Assembly (NCBI GenBank): GCA_963709485.1 | Contig: CAVPWE010000001.1 | Location: 11,810-75,809, forward strand | Direction of reading: 5' to 3' | From: an uncultured delta proteobacterium | Lineage (GTDB): Bacteria > Desulfobacterota > Syntrophia > Syntrophales > Fen-1087 | Length of the DNA: 64,000 nucleotides | Shown: positions 1 to 9,095 of the stretch, one piece after another | Layout: each line of letters begins with the position of its first letter | How positions within the stretch are numbered: position 1 is the stretch's first letter | Notes under the pieces: generated by a model | What the model was told of the DNA's origin: nothing | Databases searched by the model: none | The model's input: the letters and a program-made list of their open reading frames with translations, nothing else | Program-made: the position numbers and the translations under genes

Positions 1-1
1 T

Positions 2-1094
2 CCGGACAACCTCCAGGGCCAGTGCGGGGCATGCCATCCGGATATCCGCCCGAGGTTCGTGTCCTTCGAGGCCCATCCGGACCCGGGAAATTTCAGCAAG
101 TACCCTGTTCTTTTCGGAACAACCGTTTTCATGATCGGGCTGCTGGCCGGAACCTTCCTCTTTTTCTGGGTGCATACCCTCCTGTGGTGGCGGCGAACCT
201 ACGTTCAGCAGTGCAAAATCGTCAAGACGGGCGTCCGCCCCCAAACGCTTCTGCCGGAATGCGATGCCGCACAGCAGGTGCAGCGGTTTTCCGTGCGCGA
301 CCGGGTCATGCATATCTTTCTCATTCTGTCCTTTTTCACCCTTGTCACGACGGGATTTCCGTTGAAGTACCACTATACGGCCTGGGCGAAAATCATGATC
401 AATTTCTGGGGCGGGGCTGCCCAGGCGGGCTTTTATCACCGCGCGGCCGCGGCCGTCCTGATTGCCCTGTTCCTGTACACGCTGTGGCTGTCCATTCGCT
501 TCCTCTTCCCCGGCTGGAAGGCGAAGGGCTGGATCGGCCGTCTGCTGGGTCCGGATTCGCTCTGCCCGAACCTGAAAGACCTGCAGGATATCAAAGGGAT
601 GTTCCGCTGGTTCTTCAATCGCGGCGACATGCCGAAGTTCGACCGCTGGACCTACTGGGAGAAGTTCGACTTCCTGGCTGTCTTCTGGGGAATGACGGCC
701 ATCGGCGGTTCCGGGCTGATGCTCTGGTTTCCGGAGGCGTCCTCCTATATTTTCCCGGGCTGGCTGCTGAACGTGGCCACGGTGGTGCACTCGGAGGAGG
801 CTTTTCTGGCGGCGGTCTTTATCTTCACGGTGCATTTTTTCAACAATCACCTCGTGCCGAACAAGTTCCCGCTGGAACCGAACATTTTCACGGGACGATA
901 CACGGTCGAGGCGCTTCAGCATGAGCGCCCCCTGGAGTACGAGCGCCTGGTTGCCGAAGGCCGGCTGGATGCCATGAAACGGGAAGGGCCCCGGCCTGCT
1001 GACCCAGTTCTTCGCGTCGCTTTTCGGCCTGGCGAGCCTGCTGTTCGGCCTGTTCCTCACCGCGCTGATCTTCTGGGCCGCGTTCTTCTATTAG
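2..1094 (+). CDS. Cytochrome c / b-type cytochrome membrane-domain fusion protein; 5' end lies outside the window and there is an apparent +1 frameshift near 986-992
   Basis: Frame 2 is open from the window edge and reads QCGACHPD (CXXCH haem-c motif, nt 23-37) straight into listed ORF 59..1132. RFSVRDRVMH plus several hydrophobic helices resemble FdnI/HydC-type cytochrome b. After about nt 990 that frame turns R/P-rich, while frame 3 reads GLLTQFFASLFGLASLLFGLFLTALIFWAAFFY with its stop at 1092-1094. Confidence 0.6.
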
Positions 1095-1128
1095 CGGGCG
1101 CAGGCGGCGGGGACCTCTGTTTTCACCG

Positions 1129-2577
1129 TTGATTTCGTTCCCCTTCGATGGTATTAGCCTGATCCATCACAAATTGAAGAGGTTCGCCGTTTTGCCGAAA
1201 AAAAATCCGGTCTGGTCTTTTTTCACGTCCGTGAAACTGGCCATCGTTCTTCTGGTCCTCATCTCCATTGCCTCCATCCTCGGCACCCTCATTCCGCAGC
1301 AGGGCGCGGCAGGGCCTCTGATCGGCCGCCTGAGCCCCGGGGTCGTCGATTTCATGCGATCCCTGCAGCTCTTCAACATCTTTCATTCCGCCTGGTTCAT
1401 GATTCTCATGGCGCTCCTCGCCGTGAACCTGATCGTCTGTTCCGCCAACCGCTTTCCCACGGCCTGGAGCCGTTTTCGAAAGAAGCCGGAACCGGACCGG
1501 GAGGACATTTTTGAAAAGATGCCGACCGATCGGACCGTTCTGGTGGATGCCCCTTTATCTGCCGCATCAGTGGCCCTGGAAAACCTGCTGAAGAAGCGTT
1601 TCAGGGGAGTCCTTCGCCGCGATGCGGGCGAACGGTCCTGCCTCTACGGGGAAAAGGGCGCTTATTCTCATTTCGGGGTCTACATCATCCATGCCAGCGT
1701 TCTCATCATGATGGCCGGCGTCATTATCGGGTTTCTGTTCGGTTTCGAGGGGTCCGTGGACATCCCGGAAGGAGAAGCAACGGACGTCGTGGCGCTCAAA
1801 GGGGGCCGCGGCATGAAAAACCTGGATTTCGCCGTCCGCTGCGATAAGTTCTTCATCGACTTCTATGAAAACGGGATGCCGAAAACCTACCGCTCCGATC
1901 TCAGCTTTCTCAGGGACGGCCGGGTCGTGCAGGCATCGCCGGTGCTGGTCAATCATCCGGTCGCCTTTGCCGGAATGCGCTTCTACCAGGCGAATTACGG
2001 CACGGTCCCCTCCGGCGATCCGGTCCTGGTGGTGACGGAGGGGGGCAAGAAGATCAGTGATGTGAAGGTGGCCATCGGCATGGAGTTCGACCTCCCCGGA
2101 AAAAAGGCGAAAGCCCGGATGATCCGGGTCGAGGAGGATCTCATGGGCATGGGGCCGGCGGTGAAGCTGAGCATTCAGTCGGATGCAGGCAATGTCCAGC
2201 TCTGGGTATTCCAGGCCATCGAGCAGATCAGGCAGGCCAACCCCGGCCTGCTTGAGCAGGTTCCCCTCTTCAACCCGGAACTCTTCGCCCCCTATGTCTT
2301 TTCCCTGGGCCAGGCGGGCAGCCGGTATTACACGGGTCTTCAGGTCGCGCAGGACCCGGGTGTCCCGGTCGTGGCCGTCGGCGCCCTGCTCATGGTGATC
2401 GGCTTCATGGTCGTCTTTTTCGGTTCGCACCGGCAGGTCTGGGTCCGGCTGGACAGGAAAGGGGACAGGACATACGTCCGCATCGCCGGCAGGTGCAATC
2501 GGGACGAGGTCGGCCTGGACCGTGAAGTCCGGAAGCTGTTGGGCGAGGTTAAATTGCACAAGGAGTCGGTTTCATGA
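1129..2577 (+). CDS. ccsB: System II cytochrome c biogenesis protein CcsB/ResB
   Basis: N-terminus SVKLAIVLLVLISIASILGTLIPQ, a large soluble loop and a C-terminal TM segment are typical of ResB. The gene overlaps ccsA by 4 nt. The start is uncertain; an in-frame TTG at 1174 is also possible. Confidence 0.8.
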   Translation: MISFPFDGISLIHHKLKRFAVLPKKNPVWSFFTSVKLAIVLLVLISIASILGTLIPQQGAAGPLIGRLSPGVVDFMRSLQLFNIFHSAWFMILMALLAVNLIVCSANRFPTAWSRFRKKPEPDREDIFEKMPTDRTVLVDAPLSAASVALENLLKKRFRGVLRRDAGERSCLYGEKGAYSHFGVYIIHASVLIMMAGVIIGFLFGFEGSVDIPEGEATDVVALKGGRGMKNLDFAVRCDKFFIDFYENGMPKTYRSDLSFLRDGRVVQASPVLVNHPVAFAGMRFYQANYGTVPSGDPVLVVTEGGKKISDVKVAIGMEFDLPGKKAKARMIRVEEDLMGMGPAVKLSIQSDAGNVQLWVFQAIEQIRQANPGLLEQVPLFNPELFAPYVFSLGQAGSRYYTGLQVAQDPGVPVVAVGALLMVIGFMVVFFGSHRQVWVRLDRKGDRTYVRIAGRCNRDEVGLDREVRKLLGEVKLHKESVS

Positions 2578-3416
2578 TCAACACGGTCATCCTGAGCTGG
2601 GTCACCTTCATCTATTTTGCCGCCTTTGCATTCTATCTGGTCCGAATGGTCAGCGGCCGGGAGCTCTGGGGGCGGATCGCCACGATCATTGCAGCGACCG
2701 GCCTTCTTGCCCAGACGGGCGCTTTGATCCTGCGATGGGTCGCCTCCTACCGGATGGGCATCGGCCACGCGCCCCTGACCAACCTTTACGAATCCCTGAT
2801 CTTCTTTGCCTGGGCGACGATGGCGCTCTATCTTACCATCGAATGGCGCACGAAAAATCGAAGCCTCGGCGCTTTCGTCGTCCCCGTTGCCTTTTTGTGC
2901 ATGGCTTTCGCTTCGCTGTCCCCCGGAATCAACAGCCGGATCCAGCCGCTGATCCCGGCACTGCAGAGCAACTGGCTGACGACCCACGTGCTGACCTGCT
3001 TTCTCGGCTATGCCGCTTTCACCGTGGCCTTTGCCCTGGGGCTGATGGTCCTTCTGAAAGCCCGTGAAGGGAACCCCGCCGAAAACAGGCCGCGATTCCT
3101 GAGGCTCATTCCGGCAGCGGACTCGCTGGACGAGCTCATCTACCAGAGCACGGTGCTGGGCTTTATCTTTCTCACCCTCGGGATCATGACCGGCTCGATC
3201 TGGGCGCATTATGCCTGGGGGTCATACTGGAGCTGGGACCCCAAGGAAACCTGGTCGCTGATCACCTGGCTGGTCTATGCAATCATGCTGCATTCCCGCT
3301 ACGTCCGGGGCTGGCGGGGGAAGCGCATGGCCGTCATGGCCATCGTCGGGTTCGTTTCCGTGCTGATCACCTACCTGGGCGTGAACTATCTGCCCGGCCT
3401 GCACAGCTACCAGTAA
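2574..3416 (+). CDS. ccsA: System II cytochrome c biogenesis protein CcsA/ResC (haem exporter/lyase)
   Basis: Polytopic membrane protein carrying the Trp-rich WGSYWSWDPKETWSLITW (WWD-type) motif. It is translationally coupled to ccsB. Confidence 0.85.
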   Translation: MINTVILSWVTFIYFAAFAFYLVRMVSGRELWGRIATIIAATGLLAQTGALILRWVASYRMGIGHAPLTNLYESLIFFAWATMALYLTIEWRTKNRSLGAFVVPVAFLCMAFASLSPGINSRIQPLIPALQSNWLTTHVLTCFLGYAAFTVAFALGLMVLLKAREGNPAENRPRFLRLIPAADSLDELIYQSTVLGFIFLTLGIMTGSIWAHYAWGSYWSWDPKETWSLITWLVYAIMLHSRYVRGWRGKRMAVMAIVGFVSVLITYLGVNYLPGLHSYQ

Positions 3417-3447
3417 ACAACCGATACATCAAAGGAGGAAAACGGAT

Positions 3448-4212
3448 ATGAGCATCATCAAGATCATGCCTTGCCTGGATATGAAGAACGGACGGGTGGT
3501 AAAGGGCGTCCATTTCGTGGACATCAAGGATGCAGGCGATCCGGTTGAGAACGCGGCCTTCTACCAGAAGGAGGGGGCCGACGAGCTGGCCATGCTGGAT
3601 ATCGCCGCGACGCTGGAAAACCGCAAGACGCGCCTCGAATGGGTGCGCCAGGTGGCCGCCGTCATCGACATTCCGCTGACCGTGGGCGGGGGCATCAACA
3701 GCGTGGAGGACATTGAAATGGTGCTTGCCGCCGGCGCGGCGAAGGTGTCCATGAACAGCGCGGCGGTCGCGAATCCCGAACTGGTCCGGCAGGCGGCGCA
3801 GAAATTCGGTTCCGAGCGGGTGACCGTGGCCATCGATGCCAGGCGAAACGCCGCCATGCCCTCCGGGTTCGAGCTGGTCGTGTCCGGGGGCACGCAGCCG
3901 GTGGGAAAGGATGCCATTGCCTGGGCCGGGCAATGCCAGGAGCTGGGCGCCGGCGTGATCCTGCCGACGAGCATGGACGGCGACGGCACCCTGGCCGGCT
4001 ACGACCTGCCCTTCACCCGTGCGGTGGCCGATGCCGTGAAGGTGCCGGTGGTCGCCTCCGGCGGCGCCGGGACCCTGGAGCATTTTTACGAGGGGGTCGT
4101 CAAGGGCGGCGCCGGCGTGCTGCTGGCCGCGTCGGTCTTTCATTTCCGCACCTTCAGCATCCGGCAGGTGAAGGCCTATCTCCGTGACAAGGGTTTGCAG
4201 GTGCTTCTATAG
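3448..4212 (+). CDS. hisF: Imidazole glycerol phosphate synthase cyclase subunit HisF
   Basis: IMPCLDMKNGRVVKGVHF, DAGDPVE, GADELAMLDI and PLTVGGGINSVED match the HisF (beta/alpha)8 signature along the whole length. Confidence 0.9.
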   Translation: MSIIKIMPCLDMKNGRVVKGVHFVDIKDAGDPVENAAFYQKEGADELAMLDIAATLENRKTRLEWVRQVAAVIDIPLTVGGGINSVEDIEMVLAAGAAKVSMNSAAVANPELVRQAAQKFGSERVTVAIDARRNAAMPSGFELVVSGGTQPVGKDAIAWAGQCQELGAGVILPTSMDGDGTLAGYDLPFTRAVADAVKVPVVASGGAGTLEHFYEGVVKGGAGVLLAASVFHFRTFSIRQVKAYLRDKGLQVLL

Positions 4213-4233
4213 TTCTGTAGAAGGTTCGCCCCC

Positions 4234-4554
4234 ATGATCCGGGAAGATGTTGTCAAAGTGCCCTGTGTGGGCTGCGGCTACTGCTGCATCCGCAACACCT
4301 GCACCTTCGGAGTGGCCCTGCATCCCGACGACCGGGAGCGGATCTGTCCGGAGCTGGAATGGACGGGGACCCGCTATGCCTGCCGCCTGATGGCGCCCTC
4401 AAACCGGCTGGCGGATTTCTACCGCAGGGAGCTGCAGGCCGGCGGCGGCTGCCGGTCTTTCAACAATCCCTGGCGCCGGGACATCCGGGAAAGGAAAGAG
4501 GACGAGGCCGTTCCCGTGCGGGACGGGACCCCCTGGCCCGCAACCCCGGAATAA
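4234..4554 (+). CDS. Small Cys-rich hypothetical protein
   Basis: 106-aa ORF with CVGCGYCCIRNTC and further Cys residues. I recognise no family. Confidence 0.4.
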   Translation: MIREDVVKVPCVGCGYCCIRNTCTFGVALHPDDRERICPELEWTGTRYACRLMAPSNRLADFYRRELQAGGGCRSFNNPWRRDIRERKEDEAVPVRDGTPWPATPE

Positions 4555-4627
4555 GGCAGACGGGACAGACTGCCCCTCCCCGCTGGTATCTTTCAAAAAA
4601 TCAACTCCACCCCAAGGAAGTGCATCC

Positions 4628-4897
4628 ATGAGCCCTTTTGAAGGCATTATGCTGATCTGCTTCGGCGTCAGTTGGCCCATCTCCATCGTCAAATCCATCC
4701 GCGTCAAGCGGGTCGAGGGCAAGAGCCCCCTGTTCATGGGCGTTATCTGCCTCGGCTACGCCAGCGGGATCGTCCACAAGATCCTCTACTCCCTGGACTG
4801 GATCATCCTCCTGTACGGCCTCAACATGGCCATGATCCTCGTCGACCTGTTCCTGTACGCCCACTACAACCGGAAAAACAATCTCATGCCGGCCTGA
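4628..4897 (+). CDS. Small 3-TM membrane protein, possibly SemiSWEET/PQ-loop-like
   Basis: 89 aa with three hydrophobic segments. A WPISIVKSIRVKR loop follows TM1, where PQ-loop proteins carry PQxxK. The family assignment is weak. Confidence 0.4.
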   Translation: MSPFEGIMLICFGVSWPISIVKSIRVKRVEGKSPLFMGVICLGYASGIVHKILYSLDWIILLYGLNMAMILVDLFLYAHYNRKNNLMPA

Positions 4898-4936
4898 CTT
4901 TGCGCTCCCGGCGCGAGAAGCGGCCTGCGGCCCGTA

Positions 4937-4966
4937 TTGACAGCCTTCGCCAAAATGAAGTATGAA
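4937..4966 (+). promoter_or_regulatory. Candidate sigma-70 promoter for the first OMP paralog
   Basis: TTGACA (4937-4942), an 18-nt spacer, then TATGAA (4961-4966). Confidence 0.3.
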
Positions 4967-5022
4967 GAAGATGAAGGGCAAGTCGAGGATGTTCCATAAC
5001 AATCAAACAGGGAAGGAGATGG

Positions 5023-5649
5023 ATGATGAAAAGACTTTCGGTCATCGGATGCCTCGTTGCGGTATTCATCTTTGTCGGTTCGGCGCACGCGGCGGTCGGC
5101 ATAGGGCCATACTTCGGAATCGGAGGTTCGTACGCCATTCAGAATTTTAATAACGATGAGCTGGACGCCCTTCGCTTTTACGGATTCGACCCGGAATTCG
5201 ACAACACATGGGGTGTAAACGCAAGGTTAGGCTATCAATTCAATCCGGTAATCGCCCTTGAAGTCGCTTTCGAGTATCTGCCGGGATTCAATTACAGCGA
5301 AACTTCCAGGTGGGGTAATCCCCCAGTCAGTATCGATGCAGACCTTGACGTGTGGACAATTGTGCTTGCAGCCAAAGTATACCCTTTCCCGGGAAATGTC
5401 AGGCCCTACTTCACGGCCGGATTGGGCATTATGAATGCATCGATGGATGCAACGGTCAGCGCCGCGGGATATTACCCTGAGTCGGCAAAGGAATACGATG
5501 CAAATCCCTGCGGCAAAATCGGATTCGGCGTGGATTTCTTTATCAACCCGAGCCTGTCATTCAATGTGGAAGGAGCTTACACTGCCGGGTTCAATGATTT
5601 GGACGATATCGGCTATTTTACGGTAAGCATCGGCCTGGGGTTTCATTAA
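5023..5649 (+). CDS. Outer-membrane beta-barrel protein (OmpA-N/OmpW-like small porin), paralog 1
   Basis: Signal peptide ending SAHA. Alternating aromatic/aliphatic beta-strand pattern (YFGIGGSYA, LEVAFEY, YFTAGLGI, FNVEGAYTAGF). It is a close paralog of 5930..6556. Confidence 0.7.
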   Translation: MMKRLSVIGCLVAVFIFVGSAHAAVGIGPYFGIGGSYAIQNFNNDELDALRFYGFDPEFDNTWGVNARLGYQFNPVIALEVAFEYLPGFNYSETSRWGNPPVSIDADLDVWTIVLAAKVYPFPGNVRPYFTAGLGIMNASMDATVSAAGYYPESAKEYDANPCGKIGFGVDFFINPSLSFNVEGAYTAGFNDLDDIGYFTVSIGLGFH

Positions 5650-5680
5650 TGAGTGCATGAGCGGGATAGGGAAAGTCCGG

Positions 5681-5708
5681 CGGGCGACCTGAGCGTCGCC
5701 CGTTTTTT
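5681..5708 (+). terminator. Rho-independent terminator
   Basis: Stem CGGGCGAC (5681-5688) pairs with GTCGCCCG (5695-5702), followed by a T6 tract. Confidence 0.8.
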
Positions 5709-5779
5709 GATTTCATGGAATGAAACAGGACACATCGGCAACGTTTAACATTTTTTTACCAACACCTTGACAAGCAGGA

Positions 5780-5808
5780 TTGACATTTCAGACGAATAGC
5801 GGTAACAA
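5780..5808 (+). promoter_or_regulatory. Candidate sigma-70 promoter for the second OMP paralog
   Basis: TTGACA (5780-5785), a 17-nt spacer, then TAACAA (5803-5808). A second TTGACA lies at 5767. Confidence 0.35.
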
Positions 5809-5929
5809 TATCCCCGCAATGTAAGTCCCATCCCAAAATCCTACTCCACATAACAAAGCACACACCAACATGATTGGTGGTAAGTCACGGATGTTCCATA
5901 ACAATCAATCAGGAAAGGAGATGGATTTT

Positions 5930-6556
5930 ATGAAAAGACTTTCAATCATCGGTTGCATCATTGCGGTATTCATCTTTGTCGGTTCAGCGCATGCGGCGGT
6001 AGACAGAGGGCCATACATCGGCATCGGGGGTTCATACGCCATACAAAATTTCGACACGGATGAACTAAATGACCTTCGCGGTTATGGCTACGATCCGGAA
6101 TTTGACAATACATGGGGTATAAACGCAAAGATTGGCTACAAATTCAATCCGGTAATCGCCCTTGAAGTCGCTTTTGAGTATCTGCCGGGCTTCAATTACA
6201 ACGAAACTTCCAGGTGGGGTTATCCGCCAGTCAGTATCGATGCAGACATTGACGTATGGACGGCTGTGCTGGCAGCCAAAGTATACCCATTCCCGGGAAA
6301 TGTCAGACCCTACTTTACGGCCGGCTTAGGCATTATGAATGCATCGATGGATGCCCAAGTCAGTGCCGCTGGCTACTTTCCTGAGTCAGCAAAAGAGGAC
6401 CAAACGGAAGCCTGTGGTAAGATCGGATTCGGCATCGATTTCTTCATAAACCCCAACCTTTCATTCAATGTAGAGGGTGCTTACACCGCCGGGTTCGGTG
6501 ATTTGGACAATATCGGCTATTTTGTAGTAAGCGCCGGTCTGGGTTTCCATTTTTAA
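5930..6556 (+). CDS. Outer-membrane beta-barrel protein, paralog 2
   Basis: Same architecture as 5023..5649, ending GLGFHF. The ATG at 5930 sits about 9 nt after GGAG, whereas the ATG at 5921 abuts it. Confidence 0.7.
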   Translation: MKRLSIIGCIIAVFIFVGSAHAAVDRGPYIGIGGSYAIQNFDTDELNDLRGYGYDPEFDNTWGINAKIGYKFNPVIALEVAFEYLPGFNYNETSRWGYPPVSIDADIDVWTAVLAAKVYPFPGNVRPYFTAGLGIMNASMDAQVSAAGYFPESAKEDQTEACGKIGFGIDFFINPNLSFNVEGAYTAGFGDLDNIGYFVVSAGLGFHF

Positions 6557-6589
6557 GCGATGCACGTGAGCGGTGGGCGACAAGTCCGA

Positions 6590-6618
6590 CGGGCGGCCTC
6601 CGCGCCGCCCGGTTTTTT
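6590..6618 (+). terminator. Rho-independent terminator
   Basis: Stem CGGGCGGC (6590-6597) pairs with GCCGCCCG (6604-6611), followed by a T6 tract. It is homologous to the terminator at 5681. Confidence 0.8.
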
Positions 6619-6781
6619 ATCTCCAGGCGTTTAAAGGATGCGCGTGTTACAGTCAATCCGCATGTCAGTGGAATTGATTGACATATATTTTGAAAAAGCA
6701 GATATGGACGGAGCGATCAGATTCTGAATAACACCCGTACATTATACGGAATGGCTGGTAATGGTTCGATCTCTGAAAAAT

Positions 6782-6810
6782 CCCGCTTGATATGAGAGAG
6801 CGGGGTTTTG
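6782..6810 (+). terminator. Orphan hairpin plus T-tract with no annotated gene upstream
   Basis: CCCGCT (6782-6787) pairs with AGCGGG (6799-6804), followed by GTTTTG. An A-tract precedes it, so it could act in both directions. Confidence 0.35.
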
Positions 6811-6840
6811 GTTTGAGATTAAAAGAGCCCGAATATTGAA

Positions 6841-7979
6841 ATGGCTATAAAAAAATCGAGATATTTTGAAACAATCACGCGAAGCTTTGTCTCGTTGTTC
6901 GTCGTCGTGATCTCACTGCTCATCGGTTGCGGCGGAGGCGGTGATGACGGCGGAGGTGGCGGGTCTGCCCAGCCTTCGGACAGTTTCGGAACCATCCTGT
7001 CTTCCGGAACCCTGACCGGGATCGTCTCCGGATTGGATCAGGAAGAACCCCTATCGGAGTACTGGACGAAAGAGCGGATGTCGCGGGCGATGAAAAATTC
7101 CAGGGATCTGAAGAAGCCCGTTGACCTGAAAGCCGGCCTGTCGGCGTTGGGAAAAATGACGCGGCAGGTCCCGGAGGGCATCGGAAAGCGATTCGCGCCT
7201 TACAATCCGGACGCCGGAGGGGAAACAAAATCGGCAAGCTACGGATCGGTATCATCCGGGGCGAGTCCATCGTGGAAATCGGGGGCTGACTTCAGTTGCC
7301 CGCCGTCGAGCTACAAGACTCTATTCCACAAGGGGACACGAATATTATCCGGAAAGAACGATGGGCGCTCTTTTTTTCGTAGCAAATGAGGACGTCTATA
7401 TGTGCAGCGCGGCCCTGGTCGGCAGGCGCATGGTCCTGACCGCCGCCCACTGCGTGTCCTCCGGCGCCGTCTGGCACGGCAATTTCATGTTTGTGCCCGG
7501 ATTCAACAGCGGGAGCAATTGGGAACCCTACGGCCGCTTTTCCGCTTCGCAGGTTCTGGTTTATTCGGGATGGTTCAACAATGAATTCGTGCCCGCCGAT
7601 TACGCCATCATTTTACTGAACAAACCGGCTCGGGGATCAGGTCGGCTGGGTCGGCTTTTCATATGACTATGCCACGGATGGGCAGACATGGGACCAGTGG
7701 GGGTATCCCGGCGAGCCTGTCGGCGACAGCATGACCCTGATCATGAACCGTTCCGCATATGGCGGGGAGGAATGTTCGGCAGGAGCCCCGTGCAGGCTGG
7801 TCGTCGGCTCCGGACTGGTCGAGGGCACGAGCGGCGGCCCGTGGATTCTTTGGGACGCGTCGAATCCCTATGCCAACAGCGTGGAATCCTACTACCTCCC
7901 TTCGTGCCGCGCGTCTGTTTCACCTTATTTCGATCGGCACGCCGGCGATTTATTCATGGCGGCCGAGCGCCTGCAATGA
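6841..7979 (+). pseudogene. Trypsin-like (S1, V8/Glu-specific-type) serine protease lipoprotein, interrupted by two +1 frameshifts
   Basis: Lipobox LLIGC and a G/D-rich linker in frame 1. YYPERTMGALFF...VLTAAHC (catalytic His) in frame 2. GDQVGWVGFSY...GTSGGPW (catalytic Ser) in frame 3. The shifts are placed at G-runs 7332-7335 and 7632-7635. Confidence 0.7.
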
Positions 7980-8020
7980 TGAAGGTCTGCACCGGCGGGA
8001 CGGAAAAGATTGAACGGGGA

Positions 8021-9034
8021 ATGGGAAACAGCGTGAAAAAGCGGTTTGCGCTGATCCTGTCGTTTCTCATCCTTGCCTGTCCCGGGTCCCTTCATGCATT
8101 CGAAATCCTGCCTTTCAACACCCAGAACCAGAGCCCCTTCATTCAGATTTACGGCCTGCCGTTCCCCGGGCAGGCGCAATTGACGCCGCCGGGCGGCAGG
8201 GATTTCAAGGTCGTCTTCGATCTGGCCAATACCTGTGTGGAGGATTCCGCGTCTGGGGAAAAGATCACCATCGACGGCGAGACCTATCGAACGACGGTGG
8301 TGGGGCGGTACGGGGTTGCTCGGGATTTCGAGATGGGCGTTGAAATACCCTATGTCGTGCAGGGCGGCGGCTTCCTCGATGCATTCATTGAAAACTACCA
8401 TGACGCATTCGGCTTTTCCCAGGGGGACCGCAAGCAGGGCCCCAGGAATCGGCTGCTCTACCGATACGAGCGTGACGGAGCGGAACGGATTCATGTCGAC
8501 AGCTCCGGTTCCGGCCTGGGGGACATTCGCCTGACGGCGGCATATCAGCTTTACCGGAATTCAAGCGAAAGCCCGGCGGCGCTGGCCTTGCGGGCCGGGC
8601 TGAAACTGCCGACGGGGGACTCGGACCAACTGTACGGAAGCGGCGGTACGGACTTGGCTTTGTGGCTGTCCGCAAGCCAGGCATATCAGACCGGATGGGG
8701 TCGTTGGACGCTCTTCGGGGCAGCCGGCGTCCTGGGGATGAGTGATGGAAAAATTCTGGAAGATCAGCAGCGGAACCTGGTGGAATTCGGCACCATCGGG
8801 ATCGGCTGGCGGCCCCTCGACCGGTTCGCGCTGAAGATGCAGGTCAACGCGCACACGCCTTTCTTCAGGGACAGCGATCTGGTGGAGCTCAGCAGCAGCT
8901 CGGCGCAACTGGTGATCGGAGGCACGTTCGCGCTTTCCGAACGGACAACGATCGACATCGGGATCGGCGAGGACATCGTCATCAAGACCTCGCCGGACGT
9001 CGTTTTCCACCTTGCCGTTCAGAGCCGTTTTTAA
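8021..9034 (+). CDS. Outer-membrane protein, DUF3187-like
   Basis: Signal peptide ending SLHA, beta-strand-rich sequence and a C-terminal aromatic residue (SRF). The family name comes from memory of overall sequence character only. Confidence 0.5.
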   Translation: MGNSVKKRFALILSFLILACPGSLHAFEILPFNTQNQSPFIQIYGLPFPGQAQLTPPGGRDFKVVFDLANTCVEDSASGEKITIDGETYRTTVVGRYGVARDFEMGVEIPYVVQGGGFLDAFIENYHDAFGFSQGDRKQGPRNRLLYRYERDGAERIHVDSSGSGLGDIRLTAAYQLYRNSSESPAALALRAGLKLPTGDSDQLYGSGGTDLALWLSASQAYQTGWGRWTLFGAAGVLGMSDGKILEDQQRNLVEFGTIGIGWRPLDRFALKMQVNAHTPFFRDSDLVELSSSSAQLVIGGTFALSERTTIDIGIGEDIVIKTSPDVVFHLAVQSRF

Positions 9035-9095
9035 TGAAATGGTCCGGAAATTCAGGCCGCCTTCGCGAGCAGCCTTCCGCGTCGATGGAAGGCGC

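Noticed and set aside
22-924. 300-aa ORF in frame 1 overlapping the cytochrome gene.
   Set aside because: Frame 2 carries the CXXCH motif and clean TM helices. Frame 1 is R/G/P-rich nonsense.
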